Source of the DNA: Octopus bimaculoides
Lineage: Eukaryota
Reading direction: 5' to 3'
Assembly (NCBI RefSeq): GCF_001194135.2
Contig: NC_068994.1
Span: 19,366,400 to 19,405,357 of the forward strand
DNA: 38,958 nucleotides
Under the pieces are notes generated by a model. It searched no databases and was not told the origin of the DNA. It saw only the letters and a program-made list of their open reading frames with translations. The position numbers and the translations under genes were made by a program. This document shows, piece by piece, positions 23,810 to 37,046 of this stretch. Position 1 is the first letter of the stretch. Every line of letters begins with the position of its first letter.

Positions 23810-23945
23810 ATGAATGGGTTCCACACAGTTTCTGTCTACCAATTTCACTTAAAGCTATAATAGAAGACAGTTGCTCAAGGAGCCACACTGAGAATTAGAA
23901 CTTGAAACTACATGGTCACAAAGCAAACTTTTCTTTTCATATAGC
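23810..23945 (-). mobile_element. SINE family A fragment
   Basis: CAGTTTCTGTCTACCAA...GCTATAATAGAAGACAGTTGCTCAAGG. Confidence 0.6.
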
Positions 23946-24400
23946 TATATCTCCATGTACCCTCACTCTCTTCACATCTATATTATAATGGAGAAAGCTG
24001 CTTATTAAATAGGTATGTAGCAGTTACTAAAAGAAAGCAATTATTCAAGGCTTGACTGTCTGGAAATTTTTGTATAAATTCATTTTCCAAGAAATTTCCT
24101 ATAATTTCGATTTCTGAAGTTTGTGGAATTTTTTAATTCCAATTTTTCACAAATTTAAATATTCGTTGCATTCACTGCGGAGTATTCCGTTTTCATTTGC
24201 AAAGTCTCTTACTCTCTATATCAATGTTTTCATTTCAAGTTTTAATTTGCTATTTGCAAAACCCACAGTTTATTCTATATGTGTAATGTAAAAACATTGA
24301 TTGAATTAAAATCTTTTAATACACCAGTGTAATTTTTTTTAAAAAAAATTAAGTAATTTTGTTGTTATGGCTGTTTGGAACTTACAAAAATAACTATCCA

Positions 24401-25163
24401 GACCGATTTTGGCCATTTTTTTAAACTTAAAAATTAACCATGGGAGGAGCCATTTCGGTAATAAAAAAAAATGATAAATATTTCCAGAGGAAAAGGTGAA
24501 CAATTCAAGGGAGGTTTGGATGTTGCTTCTAGCACAACCCAAACTACCCTCCATTTTCACTCTCACATGTATTAATGTTTTTTCAATATTTTTCTCCTAT
24601 TACACACATTTTATGGAATGATAATGCTGAGGTAACCCACACATGGTCCATTGGTGGGATATAAGCAACAAAAAGAAAATTGTAATCTAAATTTTTACCC
24701 CCACCTCAATCAAGCAAGGCTGTGTGTGTGTGTGTAAGAAAAAAACATTTTCTAACAGAAAAGAATGCTATTAAAATGAATTATTGTTTACGTAACTCTT
24801 ATTTTAAATCACTGTGGATAAATGCCGGCAATGACCTTCTCAGGCTCTTGAATATTTCAAATTATAAACAGACACAATTGGGGGCAGGGAGTGGGGTTGC
24901 GAAAAAAAAAAAATCATAAATTTTCAAATTTGATTTTTTATGGCATATAAATGTATTTATGGGGAGTAAAATAATGAAAAACATCAATACATGTGAGAGT
25001 GATAAAGAAACAAGGAGGGTTGTCTTTGGATGTGCTAGGAACAATAGTCAAATCTCCCTTAAATCACTCACTTTTTCCACTGAAAATATTAACAATTTAA
25101 AAAACCTTTTTCCCCAAAAGGTTCCTCTCATGGAAGCACAGAAAAAATTGGCCAAAATAGGTC
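24401..25163. repeat. Old inverted repeat, ~220-bp arms, ~325-bp spacer
   Basis: 24401-24617 vs 24943-25163, e.g. CACTCTCACATGTATTAATGTTTTT / AAAAACATCAATACATGTGAGAGTG. The opposite-strand ORFs 24339-24566 and 24959-25387 are consequently similar (GCARSNIQTSL / GCARNNSQISL). Confidence 0.7.
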
Positions 25164-25327
25164 CAGAGTGGGATGATGAGGGAAGGAGGGTTGTAAAAAA
25201 AGAATTTTCAAAACTTTTTTCATACAAAGATTCCCCCACCCCTCCATCCCATCATTTTGAAGGCTATGGTTTTAAAAAATGGAGAAAATCCCAGTCAAAA
25301 CAGAGTCTTCCTGATTCCAAACTCCGT

Positions 25328-25625
25328 TTTACTGAAATTCCTCTCCCCACCCCTCGGAAGAAATTTTTCACACAAATTTCTTTATAGTCATAATTTATAC
25401 TGTTTGAAAGGTATTTGTATAAACTTTCATTAAAAAATACCCATTTTCCTGAAAGTTATCAGGGAAAATGGGTCGGATCATGTAAATTTTCTGAAACTCC
25501 TCTTTCCAACCCCTCAAAAAATTCTTTCCCATAAATCCCTATATACTCTGAAGTCACAACATTTAAGCAGTATTTGTAGAAAACTTCGTTAAAAAGTATC
25601 CATTTTTCTGGATGTTATGAGAAAA
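25328..25625. repeat. Two degenerate ~150-160-bp tandem units
   Basis: TTTTACTGAAATTCCTCTCCCCACCCCTC...GTATTTGTATAAACTTTCATTAAAAAATACCCATTTTCCTG vs TTTTCTGAAACTCCTCTTTCCAACCCCTC...GTATTTGTAGAAAACTTCGTTAAAAAGTATCCATTTTTCTG. Confidence 0.6.
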
Positions 25626-26063
25626 CAAAATCAGGGGTGTGTACATCTGTAGTTATGCCCTTTTATTTATACAATATTTTCATTTCATGTTTTATTTCAT
25701 TCATTGTTTGCAATGTTCTCTCTCAATCCCTCTCTCTCTTTCTCACACACACTGCAAAGCTTACAGATGAGCTGCTGAATTGAAATCTCTATGTTGCTTT
25801 GAGGGGAAGGTAAAACTTGACAAACTGCTTCCCCCTCTGTAGTTGGACTACTTTGATGTTTATTTAAAAAAGAGACTGATAAAATAATGAAAGAATGTTT
25901 ACTACGCAAGTGAGCACTATTATACAAAGAAATAATTAGACATAAAATATCATAAAAATTATTAGAATTGAGAATCAAATGTGAAAATATAATGAAGTGA
26001 CTAGCAGAAAACCACTAGTACAGAAAAATGCTAGTACATATAATTGAGTTTTATTGTAATGTG

Positions 26064-26446
26064 TTCTTTTACATATTTCAGCCATTTGACTGCAGCCATG
26101 CTGGAGCACCGCTTTGAAGGGTTTTAGTCACAGAAGTCAACCGCAGGACTTATTCTTTGTAAGCCTGGTATTTATTTTATTGATCTCTTTTGCTGAACTG
26201 CTACATTACAGGGATGTAAACACACCAACATCAGTTGTCAAGCAATGGTGGGGGGACAAACACAAACACACACATGACTATATATATATGGCGGTCTTCT
26301 TTCAGTTTCCGTCTACCAAATCCACTCACACGGCTTTGGTCAGCCCAAGGTTATAATAGAAGACACTTGCCCAAGGTGTCATGCAGTGGGACTGAACCTG
26401 AAACCATGTTGTTGGAAAGCAAGCTACTTACCACAAAGCCATGCCT
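26064..26446 (-). mobile_element. SINE family A, full length
   Basis: Reverse complement of 29964-30362 along its whole length. Confidence 0.88.
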
Positions 26447-27409
26447 ATGTGATTGTATGTGTATGAGCTAGGTCAGCTAGGACAAGCAGAATTAATATGC
26501 ATGCTCAAATAGACATATACATATATATGAAAAACTGAGCAAGGCATATTACCTCTACTTACCTGGTTTAGCTGACAACAGGTCCAACTCACACATTATG
26601 AATGAAAGATTAGGGAAAAAGACGACAACTCTCAATTGCAAAATAAAATATACTCACAGCATGCAAATGTTTAACACACATGGGAGTGAGTAAAACTTTT
26701 GAGTAAAATGGAGTAAATCAATAATAATGATAGCCATACTGAAACTTTGGCTTTGAATGGAGGATAAATAGAAAATTGTGATGTTCATAGTGAACATGCT
26801 AAAATTTGCAATTAAATTTCTCTTAAATCACAGTCTATCATCTTTATAAAGAGAAGGATGTATGTTGTCCTGAATATATTATCCATCTTAAACAAAGAAT
26901 GGGCTACCATCATGGTTTGAATTCCTTTGATTAGAAATCTGCTCAGTCAAGGCTTGTCCATAACTAAACATCAATAGCAGAACACCAAAACTATAACCTC
27001 ACAACAAGTTTTAATAGAAATACATTCAGTGAAATCTGAAGATGTGTTGAATAAAGTTTAGCTATGAACATGAAAAAAAGTTGGTAGTTTCTCAAGAGTA
27101 TAATGAATATAATTTATCCTAAAGTGCAATAGTAACAATATGCTAATGATATACTGACAGTGTTTTGATCATTTAATATCAGTTCTGTTTCTAGCATACA
27201 GACAAATCAATAAACCAATAGGCATCACCATTAATACAGAAATTTGATCACACTTGTAGGATCAATAAATTGATCAATTAAAACCTGAGTTTATGCAAAC
27301 AATCTTCCTCATGTAAACAGTTTATCTCACTAACGAAAAGAAGTAAAAGAATATTATTAAAGAGCTCAAGTTGACAATGACGTCATGACTCCATTGTTAT
27401 AAGAGTGGA

Positions 27410-27545
27410 TGGCAAAACCAGTAAAGCAGAAAATAAAATGCCTTTTATAATCTAAGTTCAAATCTTATCAGGGTCGATATCACTTCTCATCTTTCATAAT
27501 CAATATAACAAGTAAGAATCAAATACTGGGTTCAGTTTAATCAAT
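27410..27545 (+). mobile_element. SINE family C, decayed
   Basis: AAGTTCAAATCTTATCAGGGTCGATATCACTTCTCATCTTTC resembles the reverse complement of 4225-4425. Confidence 0.45.
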
Positions 27546-28738
27546 AATATTTCTCCACAAAATTTGGTGGGCTCTTTTCCAAAGTCAGAAATCATTATTA
27601 TAATTATGGGAAAGAAGAGTATAGTACAAGCCATAGTGCTAAACTACACTAGATACTTTATAGTATCTAGATTAGTTTACTAGATATTTTCTTGTCTAAT
27701 TTAGCACTATGGTTCCTATCTGGTTAATACTATATATATTTTTAAGTACATTTATGCAGGCTATCTTTCCAGGTCAATAAATCAAGGATAAGTAATTTGA
27801 TCAAAGGCATTCCAGTTCTGACCATCTTGTCTTTTTTCTTTTCTAGGAAACTGTAGCATGTAATTTGAGCGAAATTTGGTTTCTATTTCTAGCAGATCAA
27901 GTGGCTATTACATTGGCTCATATACCCATACCTTATCTAAAGCATAATAGTCATTATATATACAGGTACAGATTATTTAGTAGCAGCATTTCAACAATGT
28001 GAGCCTAAGATGTAATTTAGATTCTCAACAGAAATTATTCCATTTGTGTATTTACTGCTGCATTTGAAAATAGTACAAATGTTATATCTTCCCCAAAATC
28101 TCCCCCAATTACATTATTTTTGAGCCTATGAGAGAAATTACCATCATCACCAATACTACAGACATTCTCAGATTGAGACAATATAGAAAGCGATCGTGGT
28201 AATAGTGGGGAGGCGTTAATAATCATGATGAAGATGAGGTAGTCATAGTTATATGCTACAGATGTAAAACAATGTTCTCTCTCTCTCAGAAATGATTGCC
28301 AGATACTTTACAAAAAACTGATTATAAAGGTGTTTATAATATAATGAAAGAACAAGATACTCAAGAGAAGTGATATATGTTTCTTAAAGTGTTAAGTACA
28401 GATAACTTGTAATGAAGTAACAAGCTTTCACTCAATGTAAAAGTCAAAGAAATAAAATTAACAAATTTTAAACATATCCACTATCATATATGTACACCAA
28501 AGTTGTTGCACTGCCTTTTTCTAATACAAAGGCTCATTTACATAAGATCTTGGTAAATGGGGAGAATCTATTCCTCTATAAAAAATGTTTCCTTAGACCA
28601 AGCTAATACATATGTTAACACAACAGACATATGTACAATTCATAAATATACATATGCTTAACATTTTTATCAGCAAAACTAGACAGATAGATATCCATTG
28701 TACATAAATGCACATATTTAAATGTGTGCGTACATACA

Positions 28739-28742
<4 letters not shown>

Positions 28743-28803
<61 letters not shown>
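28743..28803. repeat. (TG)n microsatellite
   Basis: Seen directly. Confidence 0.95.
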
Positions 28804-28804
<1 letters not shown>

Positions 28805-29584
28805 ACGTATAAATATAAATTAGAAATTAAGAAATGGAAAAATTTATGAAATGAAAAAAATTGCTAGAATACAATAAGTTTTGTTTCTTGCTTCTCTGTT
28901 TTCTGTTTATATTTTTTCCTTCAAATTATATATTATCAAGAATGAAGCATTCATCATTGTTCATTTAGTAAAAACTATACCAGTTCCTAGCCACAATGGG
29001 GATGATTATTTGAATCATCTACTACTTATTTTTAGGTAATATCAAGAAAGTTTTCAGAGATGTGGGCAGTTGGCATATATTCAAATGTTTCATCTGGCAG
29101 TTAGAGAGAATAACAACACTAATTCAGTTAAAACCTTTTGTGCATATCATTTTTTTGTGAGTGATTTCTTTTCCTTTTCTTTTCTTCTTTCTTAATTAGC
29201 ATTTCAAGTTTAGAGCCAAATATATCAAGACAACTGTTTCATCTTGTTCTCAGAGTGCCTCATGCATTCCATCAAACAATATTTGGTGGTATGGGAATGG
29301 GGGAGTGGGAAGCCGGTGAGCATGTTGTACCTACTTTGCTGACTGTTTTAATGTCTGCCAGTTTGGGTGGTGATTGCTGTGGAGGGTGGAGAGAAGGTGA
29401 ACTTAATATATCAGAGCCAAGATTCTCTTAGATATATAGATTACATGTTTTGTATTTATCTGAAACGAAGAAGGTGGTGGTTGCTGGTACGCTGTGTTGT
29501 TACTGTGTGAGATGCATTTGTGAGATGTTGAACATGCAATAACACAGAAAACAGCCATGTCTACCTGGAGCTTAAGTGTGAATG

Positions 29585-29586
<2 letters not shown>

Positions 29587-29635
<49 letters not shown>

Positions 29636-29672
29636 ACGCGTGTGTGTGTGTGTGAGTGCGCACACGTGTGTG
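29587..29672. repeat. (TG)n microsatellite with CG interruptions
   Basis: Seen directly. Confidence 0.95.
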
Positions 29673-29846
29673 CTCTTGCTACAAAAATTAAGGATGGGAG
29701 GGCTTGCATAGTTCATAATTATTTTGATGTAGTATTTTGTAAGTTAATTAGTGCTTTGACTTTCTTATTTTAAATGCGTGTGACATAGGATGATGTTTCC
29801 TGATACAGTTTAGAAGGGTAATCACTAAGAATAGTAGGCTCTAAGG

Positions 29847-30497
29847 CAGTGGTCCTCATCTGAGATCCATATGGCCCTTGGGAGTCCACATAAGATTTTG
29901 TTGTTAAAATTTATCTGTAGTAAATTGTTTATACTTTTATAATATACAATATATTTTAATTTTGGCTGTGTGGTAAGAAACTTGCTTCACAACCACATAT
30001 GGTTATGGGTTCAGTCCCACTGCATGGCACTTTGGGCAAGTCTCTTCTAGTATAGCTTCAGGCTGACCAAAGCCATGTGAGTGGATTTGGTACATGGAAA
30101 CTGAAAGAAGCCCATTGTGTGTGTGTATTTATATATATGTATGTATGTATATATATGTCTTCGTCTGTGTTTGTCCCTCCCACCACCGCTTGACAACTGG
30201 TGTTGGTGTGTTTGTATCCCCATAACTTAGCGGTTTGGCAAGAGAGACCAATAGAATAAGTATCAGGCTTAACAAAATATAAGCTCTAAAGTCACTTAAT
30301 TTGACTAGAAAAAATATTCAAGATGGTGCCCCAGCATGGGTGCAGTCTAAATATAGAAACAAAAAAATCCTAATATTTAATTATAAAAATACAGTAGGAA
30401 CTTTTTTTTTTCATATTCATTGAATGGCTATTTGGGTCCAGTAGAGTAAAATAGTAATTAACAGGGTTCATAAGCAAAGAATGGATGAGAACCACTG
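29847..30497. mobile_element. hAT (Charlie-like) MITE carrying a nested SINE
   Basis: TIRs CAGTGGTCCTCATC / GATGAGAACCACTG (13/14); 8-bp TSD CTCTAAGG / CCCTTAGG (6/8). Confidence 0.78.
29964..30362 (+). mobile_element. SINE family A, full length, nested in the hAT MITE
   Basis: GGCTGTGTGGTAAGAAACTTGCTTC head, B-box-like GGTTCAGTCCC, internal (TG)/(TA) tract, conserved 3' half. Confidence 0.9.
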
Positions 30498-30544
30498 CCC
30501 TTAGGATTGACATTAAAACTCTTAGAACTATTGTAGACATGCAG

Positions 30545-30850
30545 AATATAGCATGGCCAAATGGTTAAGAAGTTTACTTTGCAATAATGAAGTCCTGGGT
30601 CTGATTGTACTTTGTAGCATGTTGTACCATGGCCTCAGGTCAATCTGGTTTAATTACAAGCCTTGTGAGAGAAAGTGAATAGACAAAAATTGTGCTTGTT
30701 GGATGAAATGTCTCAGCAATTTAAAGGTTTAGCCTCATCACTTTGTCATTGTGAACTTGTTTGGCACTACAATCTGTGTAATGTTCAGTGAACTACACAC
30801 AAATTCAATGAGTAGGTGGCTCTGTTGATCAAACAACTGTATACACATTG
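30545..30850 (+). mobile_element. Decayed SINE-like sequence (family A-like head, family D-like 3' part)
   Basis: GCATGGCCAAATGGTTAAGAAG head; GGCTCTGTTGATCAAACAACTG resembles the 3' end of family D. Confidence 0.4.
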
Positions 30851-31911
30851 TCAATACCAATGGAAATTGTTTTACTTTTATTCTAATGCACCTACTCTTT
30901 CAGAGAGTCTTTGGTAGTTGTATATCTAAAAGGCCTCATAGTTTTGCTAATTTTCAAGTCACCAAAGTTTCTGCATAATTACATCCACCTGGTTAATGTA
31001 CTAACCAAATTTCCATTAACAAATTCCCCAAGGATGCCTATGTTAAAAGATTTAGTGGCACTTTACAAGCCACACTGATTGTTATCATTTTCCAGGAATG
31101 GCCATAGTATTATTTGATCAATTGTTAACAGACTGTGCAAAGCCTAGGAATGTTGTGTGAATCTAAATTCTATTTTCTTTTGATCAAATCTATTTAACAT
31201 TAGTAAAGGAAGGTTTGAACATAATGTACAGGGCATTTAAACATAGAATAATAATAATATATTAATATACAATGCAATGTAACACATTAATTCATTGAAC
31301 TTCTTTAAAATTTTGTTTAGTAAGTATTCCAGTGTTTGGCATTCAATATGCATTCAGCATAATGTCCAAGTGTTGTGATATCAATACTAAAAGTTACTAA
31401 TTTCTTTTGGGAGATATTTGGCTGCTACAACTCCCAGGCCAAGCAGTTAACATAAATATCCTTCAGAGGATTTTTGAAATCACAGTAATTTCAATTTAGT
31501 CACTTATGACAACATAATGAGCAGTGGTATATTATTATTATTTCATATATTTTCTTTTCTTCACTTACAACAATACACACTGACACCCACACAAGTGAAA
31601 GGGGTGATTCCAATGTGTGTATAAGAGAGAGAGTGAGAGAGAGATATGAAGAGGGAGAGATGGAGAGTGAAAAAGAGATTTCTTACCACTAAAAACCATT
31701 TAAGATTGTCTATGATTGGTGTGATTTATGTATTAATATTAATTCTGGTGACTGCCATAGAGTAGAGGTAGAAGGCTATGTCAAGTTGAATTCACAGTCT
31801 GACTCGGATTCCAACTAGTGGCTATTTTATTCATGTTGCATATGTTTTTAACAAAAGTATCATAAGCAACATAATATATTTTCTTCCACTTAAAGAGCAA
31901 GTATGGCAGAA

Positions 31912-31953
31912 TCCCTGACACGTTTCAGTTTTATTTTGATCTCATCAGTGAAG
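31912..31953 (-). other. Decayed minimal hammerhead relic
   Basis: Minus strand CTTCA-CTGATGA-GATCAAAATAAAACT-GAA-ACGTGT-C-AGGGA: core and GUC triplet are intact (cf. GAAACGCGTC); stems I and II pair poorly. Confidence 0.45.
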
Positions 31954-33634
31954 CATGGGCCTCATATACTTCAACCAAAGTACAATATTGTACACTCACT
32001 AAGTGATTCTCTCATCACTACTCCAGCAAGTAACTGGTAAGTTTCATAGTAACATTAAAACATAAGCAGTTTCCTCCTGAACTCTGACAAAAAAATAAAT
32101 ATTAAAATATAAATCCTTAGCTAATATTATTTTGTTTTGTTTTTTTCTCACAACCTATTTATTTAGAACTAGTTATTTAACACTGACTTAACTACTGACT
32201 ATTACAGCCTCTGTGTTGAGATTCTGAATAACTGAGGTAACTCTGCTTGTCTTATTGTTCAGTGCTGCTTGTAGGAAAAGCATACAATTATAAAAATTCA
32301 AGAAATGAAAAAAGAATTGCTACAACATGCAGATGTCCAATTTGCATAAACCATAACCTTCATCCTAACACTGAAAAATTTATTAAAATGGCTAAAAAGG
32401 AAACAAACTAGAGATTAAAGACAGACAGAAAGAGTAAGATAAGAAGATTATAAACTCACAAACATGGTCAGGAAAACAATCCTGGCAGATGTATACTGTA
32501 CATATTTTACATAGAAATTTGATACTAGTTTCCAAAGCATTTGTTACTATATACCTCCCTTTCAAATAATAATAAACCATTTCCCTTTACATTTTACATT
32601 AACCGTATCAAACATTTATTGTATGTGATGCTTCTAGTACTAGTTTCTCTCACCTAGTAATAAAGATCTTATCTAATACACCTAAAATTAAGTCGAGAAT
32701 CTGAGCCACACAAATTCAACAACCTACGTCATTACATTACTGCAAGCTGCATATTTTCTTCTATGCTTTCTCATTTCTAGCAGTGATAGTTGATCTCTTA
32801 CATACAAACAGCACATGTAAACAGACACAATTACATGAACACATACATATAGAGTTTAATTTTTCATGAATATATTGGAGTAAATAATAAGCAAACAAGG
32901 TTACTATTATTTTTTGCATTAGACATGGGATGAATTTTATTAAGACATGGATAATACAAACTGACACTAGTATATGTATTATACTATTAATGCCCAAAGG
33001 AAAGAAAGTTAATCTTCTGGTAAGATTTGCTGGCCAAACAAAGCATAAAAAATAAATGGAAAACAGTGCTGCAAAACTGACTAATCTAATTCTCCAAAAT
33101 GGAAACATGAACACGAGAGTTATATTCCAAAATCTGTTGTGATACTCTCATCAGACACTTCATTCAGCCTTTATCAAATATGACAACAGAATGGTTATAA
33201 ATATACAGAAACAAGCCCACAGTCCAGTTTTAATCAGAATAATATGCATAAAAAATACATTAACATCACAACCTCACATTTTTTCCTTGGTCTAAAAATT
33301 TTAGACACTATCTCTACCTTAAAAGTTCATAACTATTCCTTGAAATTATAAAAAATGTAAACAAAAGAATAAAAATATATTAAGTATACTTTACTGAATG
33401 AGAATATCATTGATTTCTTGTTTCATTTTACTAAACAATATTTTTAGAATATTAAAATATGTTAAATAGTCCTTCAAATATAGATATCTGTGTGCATAAC
33501 TAACTGAAGTGTTTTATAGTTGCATCATATCTTCTCTCTTGGCAATAACTTACCATAAAAAGGTAATGGTATTTTTTCTCCTGAAGCAATATTATTCGTG
33601 CATAGCCGATGTACTACACTGAACAAATGGACTT

Positions 33635-33765
33635 ATTCTAAGTGTTTTTTTTCCTACCAAATCCACTAACAATGCTTTGTTTGGCCTAGGGCTACAGTAG
33701 AAAACACTTGCCCAAGGTGCCATGCAGTTTTGACTGAACCTAGAACCATGTGATTCGAAAGGAGT
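33635..33765 (-). mobile_element. SINE family A fragment
   Basis: CTACCAAATCCACT...CACTTGCCCAAGGTGCCATGCAG...GAACCATGTG. Confidence 0.7.
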
Positions 33766-33977
33766 TTAAATCTTCTGCTATCAACCCTCCACAGACTGCC
33801 CCTGATTCTATACATAAACTTCTTGTTTAAAAGAGATTTGAATTAAAACTCTACAACAAAATTTCATCTTATGTTCCCAAAGCCAGCTTGATAATTACAA
33901 AAGTTATTTTACCAAATTCTTCATTATTTAAAAAATTATTTGAAATAAAGGCAGAAATATAGCAGCAAAATGGTTAA
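33766..33977. mobile_element. TTAA-flanked, piggyBac-like MITE (decayed)
   Basis: TTAA at 33766-33769 and 33974-33977; weak TIR similarity (TTCTGCT / TTTTGCT); abuts and truncates the SINE head. Confidence 0.4.
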
Positions 33978-34627
33978 TTAGTTAACTCAGTATTATATGC
34001 CTATACTAACAGAACTGACAAATGCCACTAAGTAATGACAAGTAAGATTATATTTCTATTGGAGATAAAGGCATGGCTGTGTGGTAAGAAAACTCAACTA
34101 GAGTTGGATTATAACTAATCAACTATAATTGTTCTGCAAACTGTCTACAGCTCACCTGAATCCCATTTTACTCTAACTCTGCAAATGAACTTTATATTAT
34201 CTATAACATTTAATTAAAGATCCACCAATTCTTCAAATTGTCAAATGACTTACATATAATTGGCAGTTATATCAACCTGAGGCATTTGATTTTAACTAAT
34301 CAGTGTGAATTTATGATAAAAGTGTTAGACAATTGTTATACAAACCCTTTAATCTTGGCCTACAAAGGTCAATAAGTTTAGGCCAAAAGATATCAGGAAA
34401 GTTCACAAAGCAAGTAATAAACATTTCTACCTTATAACCAGCGACACAGACCTTGTAAAGAAATGGTATTTATCATCTGCCAATTATATACATTAACATA
34501 GTTTTTGTTCCTTTGCCTTTCATATCAATTAAGGAAATTAATTTGGTTGCAATTATTCTCCCCAGGATATTTTAGCAAAACCAGCTTATATGTGTATTGT
34601 GTTTGTATACTCTCTCATACACACAAC

Positions 34628-34658
<31 letters not shown>

Positions 34659-35347
34659 AATGTATTGATCAATGAGTGAAAATGTACTTGGTTATGAATA
34701 TTGAGTATTCACAGAAAAGAAAGCTTTTAAAACATGTTCCGTTGTGAATGTGTACGTATGTGTACACATACACACACAAACACACATACATACACATTTC
34801 AATAATCTATACTTTTGTATGCATACTTCATGATAATTAGACAATTACACAATTCATAAAAGTGACTGCTCTAATTAGAAAACGATGGTAATAAATCTGC
34901 AGTGATAACGAATAAGAACACAGAAATTCTCATAAAATAGACTCTTAAAACATTTTATGTTTTCTATAACATTTAATATCTCACTTATTGAATAGATTTT
35001 ACTCAAGTTTATGTTATTCTCTCAGACAAGCCAATTAACAATCATTATTGTGGTTAATCATCCTGCTAAAAATAGCAGTCACATAATCCTCATATTATAT
35101 ACCCTTATGCCTTCAAGAGGAGGAACACACTGGATTGATCCACTGGCTATAAAAAAAGAAAGTGATGGTCACAGCAAGGGTTGCCATTGATCGTAAGCTT
35201 GTTTGATAATGGCTGATCCAGAATTAAGTAACAATTCTCAGGTGGGTAATGATTTGTTTCAAAATATTTTAGATATCTTGATTATTCATTATTGCAAGTG
35301 AATATTAACCTGTCACAGACAGGAAGTGGTACTAACCACATCGAAAC

Positions 35348-35383
<36 letters not shown>

Positions 35384-35674
35384 CAGTGCAATGTCTCGCT
35401 CTGTGCAGCACAATATTTTCAAATATGCCACACCAAGAAGAATCTGTAAATACATGGTAAAATTCCTTGTATGGAAAATTATGTAGTTACAGAACAGCCT
35501 AATACCAGTACACAGCACAGGCTGACAGTACTAAACCAGTCTCCAAAGAGTTAAACATCTTGGATTCATACAGATGGATTTTCTTTTCTTTTTTTTTTTA
35601 TGAAAACAGCAAAATAAATAAATAAATAATCAGCAAAATAAATAAATAAATAAATAATCCTTTCTCCTATGGGG

Positions 35675-35850
35675 TATAAGTGCTGAAATTTTTAGGGAGG
35701 AGTCTAGTCAATTACATCTATCCCAGTGTTCAACTGGTACTTCTTTCATCAGAACAGATGAAAGGGAAAGCTGACTGCAGCAGAATTTGAACTCAGAATG
35801 TTAAGACAGGAAAATACTGCTACACATTTTGCCCGACATGCTAACGACTT
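35675..35850 (-). mobile_element. SINE family C
   Basis: Collinear with 4225-4425. Confidence 0.7.
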
Positions 35851-36056
35851 AACAAGACCAGTAACAACAACAACAACAACAACAGTTGAATTAGAAGTGA
35901 ATATGGATAGAAGTTTATTAGATCCAGTCATAGACATAATAAGGACCAGTGAAAAGATCTTTTAATTCTTACTTAGATATGAGCATGGATATTGACTTTA
36001 GAAATAGGAGTTTATACCAACTTACAGCTAAAGTTTCAAAAATGTCTGACCTAACA

Positions 36057-36122
<66 letters not shown>

Positions 36123-36384
36123 TTTAATATACTGAATAAGTGCTTATGCACTTATACAATATACACAGCTATTTTCATAACCTGCATGGGTCACAGAAAC
36201 CAGAAATAATTTTCTGATTATATTAAAAAAAAAAGTAAGCATTCTTAAAAAAGCAACAAACTATGCAACTGTGTTTTATATTGATATGCTACTATATATA
36301 TATTAAAGATAAGCAGCTTCTATCAAATTTCAAGTTGGAATTTCTTAACAGCTCTATGTTGAAACTCAAAACCCTTAGTGTATT

Positions 36385-36750
36385 NNNNNNNNNNNNNNNN
36401 NNNNNNNNNNNNNNNNNNNNNNNNNNNNNNNNNNNNNNNNNNNNNNNNNNNNNNNNNNNNNNNNNNNNNNNNNNNNNNNNNNNNNNNNNNNNNNNNNNNN
36501 NNNNNNNNNNNNNNNNNNNNNNNNNNNNNNNNNNNNNNNNNNNNNNNNNNNNNNNNNNNNNNNNNNNNNNNNNNNNNNNNNNNNNNNNNNNNNNNNNNNN
36601 NNNNNNNNNNNNNNNNNNNNNNNNNNNNNNNNNNNNNNNNNNNNNNNNNNNNNNNNNNNNNNNNNNNNNNNNNNNNNNNNNNNNNNNNNNNNNNNNNNNN
36701 NNNNNNNNNNNNNNNNNNNNNNNNNNNNNNNNNNNNNNNNNNNNNNNNNN
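36385..36750. other. Assembly gap (366 N)
   Basis: N run; creates the four X-rich ORFs. Confidence 1.
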
Positions 36751-36969
36751 CTGCAAGCTCACCTTTGCTTAATTTTATTTTTATCATACTCAATAATAGA
36801 ATGCATTTTTTGTTTCTTTTGGTGTGTGTGTTTGCTGTTTTTTTTTTTTTTTCTATGGAAAGTTCATTCAACTGAAGTCAATAAAGAAAATTACAAGAAC
36901 TGAATAAACATTAAAAGAGAAAGGTTTTGCAAGTAAATTATAAACATTGATTTAGTTAGTCTATGACTT

Positions 36970-37046
36970 GCATGGGTATCTGGTTAAAAAAAGTTTATTC
37001 CCCAGCAACATGGTTTTCAGTTCAGCTCCACTTTGCGACACCATGG
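36970..37046 (+). mobile_element. SINE family A head, interrupted
   Basis: CATGGGTATCTGGTTAAAAAAAGTTTATTCCCCAGCAACATGGTTTTCAGTTCAGCTCCACTTTGCGACACCATGG; the SINE body resumes at ~37474 (GAGTGGATTTGATAGAGGGAAACT). Confidence 0.6.

Noticed and set aside
24959-25387. 142-aa ORF
   Set aside because: It lies across an inverted-repeat arm and tandem units, mirrors the opposite-strand ORF 24339-24566, and has no recognisable domain.
26557-26640. Minus-strand CAG|GTAAGT donor after MCELDLLSAKP
   Set aside because: No convincing acceptor or homology; such donors occur by chance in 39 kb.
29222-29260. Minus-strand CTGAGAA...GAAACAGTTGTC hammerhead-like string
   Set aside because: The core is not CUGANGA and there is no stem I.
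35208-35246. Possible first coding exon MADPELSNNSQ|GTGGGT
   Set aside because: Too short and unsupported without transcripts.
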